Shown in pieces: positions 10,282 to 19,516 of a stretch of 64,000 nt of DNA. Under the pieces are notes generated by a model. It did not search any database and was not told where the DNA came from. It worked only from the letters and a program-made list of their open reading frames with translations. A program made the position numbers and the translations under genes. The first letter of the stretch is position 1. Every line of letters starts with the position of its first letter. Source of the DNA: Polyangiaceae bacterium (GTDB lineage: Bacteria > Myxococcota_A > Polyangia > Polyangiales > Polyangiaceae); NCBI GenBank assembly GCA_050287085.1, contig JBNKBE010000028.1:9024-73023 (forward strand). The letters run 5' to 3'.

Positions 10282-10322
10282 TAGCTAATGGTCATAAGTC
10301 GTAACGAGAGATCATTGGTGCT

Positions 10323-10338
10323 TGGCCGAGGATATGCT
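10323..10338 (+). promoter_or_regulatory. Putative sigma54 (-24/-12) promoter upstream of the urease structural genes
   Basis: TGGCCGAGGATATGCT = GG-N10-GC in the 125-bp ureD-ureA spacer, about 70 bp before the ATG. Confidence 0.45.
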
Positions 10339-10406
10339 CGCCTCGCTAAGACAAGGAATAGACGCAATCGATAGCTTGGTGCCACGAAGCGACAGAAAGG
10401 CAAGAT

Positions 10407-11048
10407 ATGGAACTTTCCCCCAGAGAAAAGGACAAGCTTCTCATCTATTTGGCTGCGCAGCTCGCTGAGTCGCGTCGGGCGCGCGGGCTGAAGCTCAACT
10501 ACCCCGAGGCAATCGCGCTGATATCCGCCTACGTATTGGAAGGGGCGCGCGAAGGGCGGAGTGTGGCTGAACTAATGAGCGCTGGCGCGGAACTCCTGAC
10601 CACGGATGATGTCATGCCTGGCATTCGTGAGCTCATTGCGGAGGTGCAGGTGGAAGCAACCTTTCCCGATGGTACCAAATTGGTGACGGTTCACGAGCCT
10701 ATCAAAGGGCCCGCGAGTGAGGTAGCGCCCGGCGCCGTGGTGACGCTACCCGGAGAGATCAGACTCAACGAGGGGCGAGAGGTGCTTACGATATCGGTCG
10801 GCAATACGGGGGATCGACCAATTCAAGTCGGCTCTCACTACCATTTCGCCGAAACCAATGAGGCATTGCACTTTGATCGCATCGCCGCGCGTGGATTTCG
10901 ACTCAACATTCCCGCAGGCACGGCAGTGCGCTTTGAGCCCGGCCAGTCTCGCGAGGTTGAACTCGTGGCTCTGGGCGGGGATCGCGCAGTCTACGGGTTC
11001 AATGCACAGGTCATGGGTCCTCTTGATTCGCAAGGAGGTGGACAGTGA
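10407..11048 (+). CDS. ureA: Urease subunit gamma/beta fusion
   Basis: Gamma part [13 protein letters not shown]...GLKLNYPEA...[19 protein letters not shown] fused in frame to beta part PG...[19 protein letters not shown]...[15 protein letters not shown]. Confidence 0.96.
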   Translation: MELSPREKDKLLIYLAAQLAESRRARGLKLNYPEAIALISAYVLEGAREGRSVAELMSAGAELLTTDDVMPGIRELIAEVQVEATFPDGTKLVTVHEPIKGPASEVAPGAVVTLPGEIRLNEGREVLTISVGNTGDRPIQVGSHYHFAETNEALHFDRIAARGFRLNIPAGTAVRFEPGQSREVELVALGGDRAVYGFNAQVMGPLDSQGGGQ

Positions 11049-12748
11049 GCACGATCAGTCGCAAAGCCTACGCCGAGATGTACGGTCCCACCACTGGCGA
11101 TCGGGTCCGGCTGGGTGACACTGAACTCTGGATCGAGGTTGAGGAGGACCGAACGATCTATGGTGAGGAGGTCAAGTTTGGTGGAGGGAAGGTCATTCGC
11201 GATGGCATGGGACAGAGTCAGCGCGGTGGCGACGTGGCGGCTGATACTGTCATTACAAATGCGTTGATCGTTGATCATTGGGGGATCGTCAAAGCGGATA
11301 TCGGGCTTAAGGGAGGAAGGATTTCTGCCATTGGAAAGGCAGGCAATCCGGACACGCAACCCGGAGTGAGCATTGTCATTGGCCCCGGCACGGAGATCGT
11401 TGCGGGCGAAGGACAGATCTTGACGGCGGGGGCGATCGACGCGCACATTCACTTCATCTGTCCCCAGCAGATCGACGACGCTCTCATGAGTGGGGTTACG
11501 ACGATGCTAGGAGGAGGCACGGGACCGGCTGCCGGTACCAATGCGACGACGTGCACGCCTGGTCCTTGGCACATTCAGCAGATGTTGCGCGCCGCGGATG
11601 GACTACCCATGAACCTCGGTTTCCTAGGCAAGGGCAATGCGAGCCTGCCCGAGTCTCTCGACGAGCAAGTGCTCGCAGGAGCGATGGGGCTGAAGCTGCA
11701 CGAAGACTGGGGGACAACCCCGGCGGCCATCGACACATGTCTTTCGGTGGCAGAACGCCACGACATTCAGGTCGCCATCCACACCGATACCCTGAACGAA
11801 TCCGGCTTCGTTGAGCACACCTTGGCCGCTTTTAAGGGGCGCTCGATCCACGCCTACCACACCGAGGGAGCTGGCGGTGGACATGCTCCTGACATCATCC
11901 GCGCGTGCGCCTCTCCCGAAGTTCTGCCTTCGTCAACCAATCCTACCAGGCCGTATACGGCCAACACAATTGACGAACATCTGGACATGTTGATGGTTTG
12001 CCATCACCTCGACCCGGCAATTGCCGAAGACGTAGCGTTCGCGGAGTCTCGAATTCGCAAGGAAACGATCGCCGCCGAAGACATACTGCACGATATCGGA
12101 GCGTTCAGCATGATCGCCTCCGACTCACAGGCGATGGGGCGTGTGGGGGAGGTGGTGTGCCGTACTTGGCAGACCGCTCACAAGATGAAAGTCCAACGCG
12201 GAGCCTTGCCTCACGATGGACCGCTAGCGGATAACTTTCGGGTGAAGCGCTACATATCCAAGTATACGATTAATCCCGCGCTGGCGCATGGCATTGCCGA
12301 AGAAGTCGGCTCGGTTGAACCCGGAAAGCTTGCGGATCTGGTATTGTGGAAACCGGCGTTCTTTGGGAGCAAGCCCTCGATGATAATCAAGGGCGGAATG
12401 ATCGTTGCAGCCCCAATGGGCGACCCCAATGCGTCCATTCCTACTCCGCAGCCTGTTCACTACCGCCGGATGTTTGGCGCGCTGGGGGGAGCATTGGCGA
12501 CTACGAGTCTGAGCTTCGTGTCGCAGGCTGGGCTAAGCGCCGGAATAGCACAGCGCTATGGTCTCAGGAAGATCCTGTACCCAGTTCACGGGGTGCGAAA
12601 GATCAAGAAAGCTGATATGGTGCACAACTCTCTTCAACCGGATATCAGTGTAGATCCCCAGACCTACCAGGTGCGGGTGGACGGTGAGCTGATTACCTGC
12701 GAGCCGGCCACATCATTGCCGCTAGCGCAACGGTACTTTCTATTCTAG
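11045..12748 (+). CDS. ureC: Urease subunit alpha
   Basis: [86 protein letters not shown]; Ni ligand motifs present. Confidence 0.98.
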   Translation: MSTISRKAYAEMYGPTTGDRVRLGDTELWIEVEEDRTIYGEEVKFGGGKVIRDGMGQSQRGGDVAADTVITNALIVDHWGIVKADIGLKGGRISAIGKAGNPDTQPGVSIVIGPGTEIVAGEGQILTAGAIDAHIHFICPQQIDDALMSGVTTMLGGGTGPAAGTNATTCTPGPWHIQQMLRAADGLPMNLGFLGKGNASLPESLDEQVLAGAMGLKLHEDWGTTPAAIDTCLSVAERHDIQVAIHTDTLNESGFVEHTLAAFKGRSIHAYHTEGAGGGHAPDIIRACASPEVLPSSTNPTRPYTANTIDEHLDMLMVCHHLDPAIAEDVAFAESRIRKETIAAEDILHDIGAFSMIASDSQAMGRVGEVVCRTWQTAHKMKVQRGALPHDGPLADNFRVKRYISKYTINPALAHGIAEEVGSVEPGKLADLVLWKPAFFGSKPSMIIKGGMIVAAPMGDPNASIPTPQPVHYRRMFGALGGALATTSLSFVSQAGLSAGIAQRYGLRKILYPVHGVRKIKKADMVHNSLQPDISVDPQTYQVRVDGELITCEPATSLPLAQRYFLF

Positions 12749-12768
12749 GCCGCGCAACAGGAGACCAC

Positions 12769-13278
12769 ATGTTGGAGTTTGTCGAACGTGTTGTAGAGGT
12801 CGTGCCGCATCAGGCGGAGTTGACGTTGCCTTTTTCTCAGCGACAGAAGACCCGCTTTCGGGCAGAACTCGACGATGGTACCAGTGTGAACGTCGTGTTG
12901 CCTCGCGGCAAGTCGCTACGGGATGGAGACTGTTTGCGAGCTGCGACGGGCGAGGTTGTTTGCGTCCGCGCCGCGGTCGAGTCGATTTCGCGAGTGGTGA
13001 GTAACGACGCGCACCTCTTGTGTCGAGTGGCGTATCACCTGGGCAATCGACACGTGCCTGTAGAGCTTGCGGCTGGGGCCTTGGCGTATCAACACGATCA
13101 CGTGCTCGATGATATGGTGAGGGGTCTGGGGTTGAACCCGGAAGCCGCCGTGGCGCCGTTTGAGCCGGAGTCCGGCGCCTACGGTTCGGGTCATGCACAT
13201 ACGGGGGGGCATGGCGCCGGCGCCGGAAAGATTCATGTGCACGAGGTTGGGCCAGTCGAGCGGGGCCACCAGCATTGA
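12769..13278 (+). CDS. ureE: Urease accessory protein UreE (Ni chaperone)
   Basis: RQKTRFR, LPRGKSLRDGD, AYHLGNRHVP, DHVLDDMVRGLG, FEPESGAY, His-containing tail. Confidence 0.95.
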   Translation: MLEFVERVVEVVPHQAELTLPFSQRQKTRFRAELDDGTSVNVVLPRGKSLRDGDCLRAATGEVVCVRAAVESISRVVSNDAHLLCRVAYHLGNRHVPVELAAGALAYQHDHVLDDMVRGLGLNPEAAVAPFEPESGAYGSGHAHTGGHGAGAGKIHVHEVGPVERGHQH

Positions 13279-14000
13279 GCATCGTGCCGCGTCCAGCGTC
13301 GAATGAAACGAGCTTGCTTCGACTCTTGCAGCTTGCCAGTCCGGCATTCCCGACAGGAGCCTTTGCCTATTCACAAGGGCTCGAGGCCGCCGTCGAGCGC
13401 GGCTGGGTCTCAGATGTCTCGTCTTTATTTCGCTGGTTGCGAGGCATACTCGAGCGAGGATTTGGACAAAGCGACATGCCGCTACTGGCAGAAGCGACGC
13501 GGCTCTGGTTGTCGATTCCTTCAGGCGTCGTCGAGTCGGGCTCAGAGGATGCCTGTCGTGTGGATGTCATGGCTGCGCGAATTCACGCCTTCCGTGAAAC
13601 TCGCGAGCTGAGGGAGGAAGAACGACAGCTTGGCACTGCGGTTGCTCGAGTGCTGGAGCGTCTGGGGTTGGCCGAGGCTGACTATCTTCGGGCGCATCCG
13701 CGGGCCAGCTACGTACTTGCATACGCTCTGGCGGTCGCGCGCTGGAGTCTGCCAGAAGAGGCGGCGCTGTCGGCATTTGCCTTCTCCTGGCTCGAAAACC
13801 AACTGGCGGCAGCCACGCGTCTGATGAGACTCGGGCAGTTGGACGCACAGCAATTGTTGATGGAGCTTGCGGCGCTCATTCCGCGCTTGGTGCATGCGGC
13901 ACAGACAGCCGAAGCGGACAGTGTTGGCTGTTCTCTACCGGGTTTTGCCGCCGCCAGCGCCCTGCACGAGCGACAATATAGTCGCCTCTTTCGATCCTAG
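13275..14000 (+). CDS. ureF: Urease accessory protein UreF
   Basis: LLQLASPAFPTGAFAYSQGLEAA, RETRELREEERQLG, LGQLDAQ, HERQYSRLFRS. Confidence 0.95.
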   Translation: MSIVPRPASNETSLLRLLQLASPAFPTGAFAYSQGLEAAVERGWVSDVSSLFRWLRGILERGFGQSDMPLLAEATRLWLSIPSGVVESGSEDACRVDVMAARIHAFRETRELREEERQLGTAVARVLERLGLAEADYLRAHPRASYVLAYALAVARWSLPEEAALSAFAFSWLENQLAAATRLMRLGQLDAQQLLMELAALIPRLVHAAQTAEADSVGCSLPGFAAASALHERQYSRLFRS

Positions 14001-14132
14001 GATGACGGTCCGTGGACAGTTGATAGCGAGACCCACGCCATTGTCGTTGGGAGTCCGCATCCCATGTTCAGTGGTGACGCGGACCTCTCGAAATGGTCGT
14101 TGAAAGCACTTCGAACGAGACAAGGAGAAACC

Positions 14133-14750
14133 ATGGCGTCAGCGCAAGCACTGAGGTTGGGCATTGGAGGACCCGTTGGATCGGGCAAAACGGCGTTGGT
14201 GGACGCGCTCTGCAAACGTCTGCGCGAGCGTTACGAGCTCGCCGTTGTGACCAATGACATCTATACTCGCGAGGATGCTCAGTTCCTCGTGCGGAGCGGC
14301 GCGTTATCGCCAGACCGCATCGTCGGTGTCGAGACGGGCGGGTGTCCGCACACCGCCATTCGAGAGGATGCCTCGATCAATCTGGAGGCCGTTGACGGAT
14401 TGATCCGTCGCTTTCCCGGAGTTGAGTTGGTCATCATCGAAAGCGGCGGGGACAACCTCAGCGCGACTTTCAGTCCTGAATTGTCTGACTTGACGATCTA
14501 CGTCATTGATGTTTCCGCGGGAGACAAGATCCCGCGCAAGGGCGGGCCGGGAATAACTCGCAGCGATCTGCTGGTGATCAACAAGATCGACCTGGCTCCT
14601 CATGTCGGGGCCTCTTTGGAAGTGATGGAGCGCGATGCGCGGAAGATGCGAGGAGACCGCCCCTTCGTATTCGCAAACGTCAAGGAGGGCGTTGGCGTAG
14701 ACGATATCGTTGCCTTTATCGTGCGAGAGGGAGTCCTGCCGGAGCGTTGA
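14133..14750 (+). CDS. ureG: Urease accessory GTPase UreG
   Basis: [63 protein letters not shown] 14133 follows AAGGAG. Confidence 0.97.
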   Translation: MASAQALRLGIGGPVGSGKTALVDALCKRLRERYELAVVTNDIYTREDAQFLVRSGALSPDRIVGVETGGCPHTAIREDASINLEAVDGLIRRFPGVELVIIESGGDNLSATFSPELSDLTIYVIDVSAGDKIPRKGGPGITRSDLLVINKIDLAPHVGASLEVMERDARKMRGDRPFVFANVKEGVGVDDIVAFIVREGVLPER

Positions 14751-14793
14751 CGCTGTGCGGAGCTACTCGTAGCCTAGCGGGAACGAGGGTGGC

Positions 14794-16401
14794 TCAATGG
14801 GTGTTCACACAGGTCGGGCAGAAGAGCTGACCGGTGCGCTGGACGAAGCGCGCTGTGGTGCCGGCTTTGAGTTCCTGTTCGCAGCCATCGCATAGGGAGT
14901 CTTCTGAAAGCAATTCGTCGGTGTCCTGCGGTACGGCCTGCTCTACGCCGTCGAGCAGCAAGCCTCTTGGGCTGGCTTTGACGAGTTCCGGGCGGAAGAG
15001 CTCGTCGATGGCCGCCCAGCGGCGCACCAGGTGCTCGGACATCCCGCGTGCCCGCACGCACTCGAAGAACAACTCTTCGCGGTAGTCGAAGAGTTCGTCG
15101 CTTATCACCATCCAATGATGGGCATTGTAGGGGCGAGCGCCGAAGTAGTCGCGTGTGCCGCTCAGCACGTCACGCAAGAACTCGTACTGCTTCTCGATGG
15201 CGCGCTGACGCGTGATGCGGTGAAAGAATGGAGCCAGACGTGGATCGGCGTAGACTCGCGTGTAGAACTCTTCCAAGATCTCGAGCAATAGCTGTCCTTC
15301 TCCGAGCGCAGTCCACAACTCGGGGTCGGGGGGCAGTGCGTGCAGCTTTTCGCGATCTTTGGGAGCGGGATATTCGCCCATTCCGCCCTGGCCTAACATT
15401 GTGAAGGGATCTGCGAACACTCGCTCTCGGCTCACTCCCTTCGCTATCGCGCTCACACGTGCGTCCTGAACCATATCTGGGTTTCCGAACAGAAAGCACG
15501 CAGCAGCTGAGTAGTCGGCTTCTCTCGCGAAGGCGAGTTCCACAAGCCGAGCGGCGGATGCAGGTGCTGCTGTGACGACGAGCTCATAGCGGAACTCGGG
15601 GTGGGCCGCGCTGAGCGCCTGGCATGCCTCGCGCGAGTAGCAATCGGCTGCCTCCCGAACGCCGTGATAGAACCAAATGCCACCGCGATGTCCGGACGCG
15701 AGGGCTTCTCGAGCCAGGGCTAGCAGCGCTCCGGCGCCAGAGCCCGTGGCGAGCAGTAGCAGAGGAGTGTCTATCAACTCGGGGCGAAAGTAGCAGTCGC
15801 CGAAGGGACCCTGAAGTTCGATCTCACTGCCCGCTTCGACGTGGCTACTGACCCAGTCGCTCACCGCTCCACCAGGAATATGGCGAATATGTAGGTCCAG
15901 GAAGTAGTCTTCGTCCGACACGCTCGCTATGGAGTAGCAGCGTCCTACTCCGGCTGGGTTGAACAGGGTAATACATCGACCTGCACGCCAGCCGAAGTCC
16001 GGCGGCGGTTCGAGACGAAGCCGCAGATACCTGCCGCTCGGCGTATAGCCGGGAGCAACGAGTGGGGTCTTTTCGGCCACCAGGGTCCGATGGACGATCC
16101 GAGTCCGGTCCAAACGCTGGACCGTGACCGTGCCCGCGACTTCACAGACGCAGGGCAGGAAGGCCCCAGCGGCGACCTGTTCTGGACTCAGCGTGCGCTG
16201 CGAGGCCGCCGAGACCTGGCCTTCGACGACTTGTAGCAAGCAGCTGTGGCAACTGCCCTTGCGGCATGAGTAGTCCACTCGAGCGCCGCCCCGATACAGG
16301 GCTTCCAGTGCGGTTTCGCCCGTGCGAACTGGATAGCTTTGTCCATCGAAGATCACTTCTCCCGAACTGGCCGTCGCGCTGGTGCTTTTCGTCGTTGCCA
16401 T
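14794..16401 (-). CDS. [2Fe-2S] ferredoxin / FAD-NAD(P) reductase / group I-like truncated globin / C-terminal CxxC-CxxC fusion protein
   Basis: YSCRKGSCHSC...FLPC (2Fe-2S), RCYSIAS (FAD), LLATGSG (NAD), LEEFYTRVYADPRLAPFF...KQYEFL...SG..Y...AHHWMVISDELFD (2/2 globin), CDGC...CPTC. Confidence 0.8.
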   Translation of the reverse strand: MATTKSTSATASSGEVIFDGQSYPVRTGETALEALYRGGARVDYSCRKGSCHSCLLQVVEGQVSAASQRTLSPEQVAAGAFLPCVCEVAGTVTVQRLDRTRIVHRTLVAEKTPLVAPGYTPSGRYLRLRLEPPPDFGWRAGRCITLFNPAGVGRCYSIASVSDEDYFLDLHIRHIPGGAVSDWVSSHVEAGSEIELQGPFGDCYFRPELIDTPLLLLATGSGAGALLALAREALASGHRGGIWFYHGVREAADCYSREACQALSAAHPEFRYELVVTAAPASAARLVELAFAREADYSAAACFLFGNPDMVQDARVSAIAKGVSRERVFADPFTMLGQGGMGEYPAPKDREKLHALPPDPELWTALGEGQLLLEILEEFYTRVYADPRLAPFFHRITRQRAIEKQYEFLRDVLSGTRDYFGARPYNAHHWMVISDELFDYREELFFECVRARGMSEHLVRRWAAIDELFRPELVKASPRGLLLDGVEQAVPQDTDELLSEDSLCDGCEQELKAGTTARFVQRTGQLFCPTCVNTH

Positions 16402-16543
16402 GACCGATCTTTACGACCAGTTGTGGCTAGCACTCAACGCTCCAAGTCTGGACTTTGGGGGATTGCCAGGTCGCGACATCGAATGTGCGTTCGTTCGGGA
16501 CTCTGCACACCATTCGCCATCCGCCGCGGTGTAGACTGGTTGC

Positions 16544-18094
16544 ATGCGATGGTTCACGCGTGGTGATCTAGATGGCTTTTTCGGCTTGGCGCTCGACAAT
16601 CTGGTGCAGCTTCTTCTGATCGACGCGCTCTGTCGGACTGTTCTCGGGTTCGACGAAGCGCTGCTGTACGGCACGGTATTGCCGGGGGTGTCGTTGTCGC
16701 TGCTGGTGGGGAATGTTTACTACGCGCGTCGCGCCATGGCGCTGGGCCGCCGCGAGGGCCGCAGCGACGCCTGCGCTTTGCCTTATGGCATCAATACCGT
16801 TTCGCTCTTCGGACATGTCTTCTTGGTCATGTTGCCCGCGAAAGCGATTGCCATCCAGGCCGGGGCACCCGACCCGGCGCGTGTAGCTTGGCAGGCTGGG
16901 CTGGTAGCAACATTGGGGTCCGGCGCGATCGAGTTGGGCGGCAGCTGGGCTGCGGAACGACTGCGACGGCTAGCGCCGCGGGCCGCCATGTTGTCCACGC
17001 TCTCGGGGATTGCGCTGGGGTTTATCGCGCTTGGCTTCTTATTTCGGACCTACGCGCGGCCCCTCGTTGGACTGAGCACGCTTGGCGTCGTGTTGCTGAC
17101 CTATTTGGGACGGGTCGAGTTTCGCGGCCGCATTCCAGGGGGGCTGGTCGCCGTGGCGCTTGGGTCTGCGCTCGCTTGGGCGAGCGGGGCAGCGCCGGCG
17201 ACGCCCCTGCGCACAGAAGCGGTCGGGCTGTATGGGCCGACGCTGGCGCTTGCGGAGCTGGGGACGGCGCTGAGCGGGCCCCACGCTCTGGCCTTTCTTT
17301 CCGTCATTGTGCCGATGGGGTTGTTCAATCTCACAGGATCCTTGCAGAATCTGGACTCCGCGGAGGCGGCGGGTGACCGCTACGAAACCGTTCCCAGTTT
17401 GGCGGTCAACGGCGTGGGGACGCTGATTGCGGCGCTATTCGGATCGTGTTTTCCCACGACCATCTATATCGGGCATCCCGGCTGGAAGCAGATGGGAGCT
17501 CGCGCGGGCTATTCAGTGCTCAATGCCGGCTTCTTCGTCGTGGTCTGTAGCACGGGTACCCTTGGGTTGATCGCATGGGCGGTGCCGATCGAGGCTGGCA
17601 TGGCGATCGTGTTGTGGATTGGTATTGTCATCAGCGCGCAAGCGTTTGCCGCCACGCCGCGTCGTCACGCGCCCGCCGTCGTGCTAGGAATCATGCCTGG
17701 GCTTGCCGCCTGGGGCGCCTTGATGGCCAAGAATGGATTGCGGGCAGCTGGGGCGGGGTCTGCCGCAGGTCCCCCCTTCGACGCCGCGCTACTCGACGCG
17801 TTTAGAGCCAGTGACACCTGGATCGGGGGTGCGTTCGCCTTGGAGCAGGGTTTCATCTTTTGCGCCATGGTCCTCGCTTCGCTCGCAGTATGTATCATTG
17901 AGCGTCGGTTCATGAGTGCGGCTGTTTGGGCGAGTCTGGGCGCGGTCTTGTCGGCATGTGGCGTCATGCATTCATATCGCTTCACGCCGGGCGACACAGC
18001 GATGGCTTTGGCGCCGGCCTGGCCGTGGGCGCTAGGATACGCAGCCATTGCGACGCTGCTCGCAACCGCCCGCTGGACCACCGTGGCGAAGTGA
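16544..18094 (+). CDS. NCS2/AzgA-like nucleobase permease
   Basis: RGDLDGFFGLALDNLVQLL, ALPYGINTVS, GSLQNLDSAEAAGDRY, FGSCFPTTIYIGHPGWKQMGARAGYS; many TM segments. Confidence 0.85.
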   Translation: MRWFTRGDLDGFFGLALDNLVQLLLIDALCRTVLGFDEALLYGTVLPGVSLSLLVGNVYYARRAMALGRREGRSDACALPYGINTVSLFGHVFLVMLPAKAIAIQAGAPDPARVAWQAGLVATLGSGAIELGGSWAAERLRRLAPRAAMLSTLSGIALGFIALGFLFRTYARPLVGLSTLGVVLLTYLGRVEFRGRIPGGLVAVALGSALAWASGAAPATPLRTEAVGLYGPTLALAELGTALSGPHALAFLSVIVPMGLFNLTGSLQNLDSAEAAGDRYETVPSLAVNGVGTLIAALFGSCFPTTIYIGHPGWKQMGARAGYSVLNAGFFVVVCSTGTLGLIAWAVPIEAGMAIVLWIGIVISAQAFAATPRRHAPAVVLGIMPGLAAWGALMAKNGLRAAGAGSAAGPPFDAALLDAFRASDTWIGGAFALEQGFIFCAMVLASLAVCIIERRFMSAAVWASLGAVLSACGVMHSYRFTPGDTAMALAPAWPWALGYAAIATLLATARWTTVAK

Positions 18095-18118
18095 ACGAGG
18101 GCATTCCGCGAGGGGCCC

Positions 18119-19270
18119 TCAGCGTGCGCAGCGGCCTGCCGCGCGCACGCTCGCGGCCAGGTCGCCAAGTACGGCTTCTGTGTCCTCAAAGCTCAGGCAA
18201 CCATCCGTCAAACTCTGTCCCAGTCTGCGCTCCGAGCGAGGGCAAGGGGCTTGTTTGCCCCCCACGAGATAGCTCTCCAGCATCACGCCGAGGATGGGAC
18301 CCCCCCTTGCGATCTGCTGAGCCACGTCGCGAGCTACAAGAGGCTGACGTCGGTAGTCTTTACCGCAATTGTCGTGGCTACAATCGATCATCACTCGTGA
18401 CGTAGCCGCTCGTTGAGACGCAAGTAGCTGCTGGACGGTCGCCACGGAGCAAGCCTCGAAGTTGGGTCCGTCTTTGCCCCCGCGGAGCACGACATGCGTG
18501 TGGGGATTGCCCTCGCTCTCGACTATCTGCAGCCGTCCATTCTCACATACCGACGGAAAGTGGTGGGACGTTTCCGATGCACGCATCGCGTCCACGGCTA
18601 CTGCTACGCTGCCATCAGTGCTGTTCTTGAATCCCACGGCAAAGGGCAGCGTTGACACGAGCTGGCGATGAATCTGGCTTTCCGTGGTGCGCGCACCCAC
18701 GGCGCCCCAACTGAGCCAATCTTTCACGTAGGGCACAAATAGCGGTTCGAGCAGCTCGCTTGCACAGGGCACGCCCAGGGTCGAGAGTTCACGCAGTAAA
18801 TCTAGTCCCAGCTTCAACCCGTGCTCGACGTCGTGGCTGCCGTCTACGTGGGGGTCGCTGAAGAGACCTTTCCATCCGACCGTGGTTCTAGGCTTCTCGA
18901 AGTACGTTCGCATACAGATCAACAGGGCGTCGTCGGTTTCTGTGCGGATGCGTGCGAGTCGTCGCGCGTACTCCAGGGCGGTCTCGGGATCGTCGATGGA
19001 GCACGGGCCGACAATGACGAGCAGCCGCGGGTCTTGGCCCGACGTGAGCGCGCGGACGGCATCCCGAGAGCGAGACACAAAGTCCGGGTTTCCAGCGGGC
19101 CCCTGGAGACGCAGCTCAGCGGGGGGAGCAACGGGGCGCTCCGACTTGGAGCTGGCTGCGCGGGCTTGGGTCAGGGGAGGCTGGGCTGCAGTTTGCACCG
19201 GGAGACCGTGTGCAAGACGCGACGGCGTGATGGCATCGAGGTGGACATTGGGGCTAGCCAGAGAGGTCAT
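18119..19270 (-). CDS. aroG: 3-deoxy-D-arabino-heptulosonate 7-phosphate (DAHP) synthase, class I (AroF/G/H type)
   Basis: RLLVIVGPCSI, MRTYFEKPRTTVGWKGL, WGAVGARTTESQIHRQL, VGFKNSTDG, GNPHTHVVLRGG, MIDCSHDN, GVMLES, GQSLTDGC; isoenzyme identity not determinable. Confidence 0.93.
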   Translation of the reverse strand: MTSLASPNVHLDAITPSRLAHGLPVQTAAQPPLTQARAASSKSERPVAPPAELRLQGPAGNPDFVSRSRDAVRALTSGQDPRLLVIVGPCSIDDPETALEYARRLARIRTETDDALLICMRTYFEKPRTTVGWKGLFSDPHVDGSHDVEHGLKLGLDLLRELSTLGVPCASELLEPLFVPYVKDWLSWGAVGARTTESQIHRQLVSTLPFAVGFKNSTDGSVAVAVDAMRASETSHHFPSVCENGRLQIVESEGNPHTHVVLRGGKDGPNFEACSVATVQQLLASQRAATSRVMIDCSHDNCGKDYRRQPLVARDVAQQIARGGPILGVMLESYLVGGKQAPCPRSERRLGQSLTDGCLSFEDTEAVLGDLAASVRAAGRCAR

Positions 19271-19311
19271 TGGGACTGAACTTTCGGAGTTGTGAATGCG
19301 TGGCTGGGGAC

Positions 19312-19348
19312 AAAAGCAAAAAGCCCCTCTCGATGGCGAGAAGGGCTT
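19312..19348 (-). terminator. Attenuator terminator upstream of the DAHP synthase gene
   Basis: Minus strand AAGCCCTTCTCG-CCAT-CGAGAGGGGCTT (12 bp, one G-U) followed by TTTGCTTTT, about 40 nt before the DAHP synthase ATG. Confidence 0.8.
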
Positions 19349-19399
19349 CTGATTCCGCTGCCGATGGCAGCGTGTGCTGGCTGTTCCGTGAGTAGCTTA

Positions 19400-19516
19400 T
19401 CAGTCGGTTTCTATTCGATGGGCTCTCAGGAATGCAGCGATGCCTTCTCGCCGTGACAAGCACGGATAGCTAAACCAGGTCCAAAACCGGACAGTGGGGG
19501 CAGAGGCGAGCGGCAC
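19400..19516 (-). CDS. Putative aromatic-amino-acid attenuator leader peptide (38 aa, MPLASAPTVRFWTWFSYPCLSRREGIAAFLRAHRIETD)
   Basis: GTG 19516 lies 7 nt after TATTCT (-10) with TTGCTC 16 nt further upstream; F-W-T-W-F-S-Y codons at 19486-19466; antiterminator strand inside the ORF. Confidence 0.65.
   Translation of the reverse strand: MPLASAPTVRFWTWFSYPCLSRREGIAAFLRAHRIETD

Noticed and set aside
14013..14028. sigma54-like TGGACAGTTGATAGC before ureG
   Set aside because: GG-N10-GC spacing is present but both boxes deviate from consensus; not distinguishable from chance
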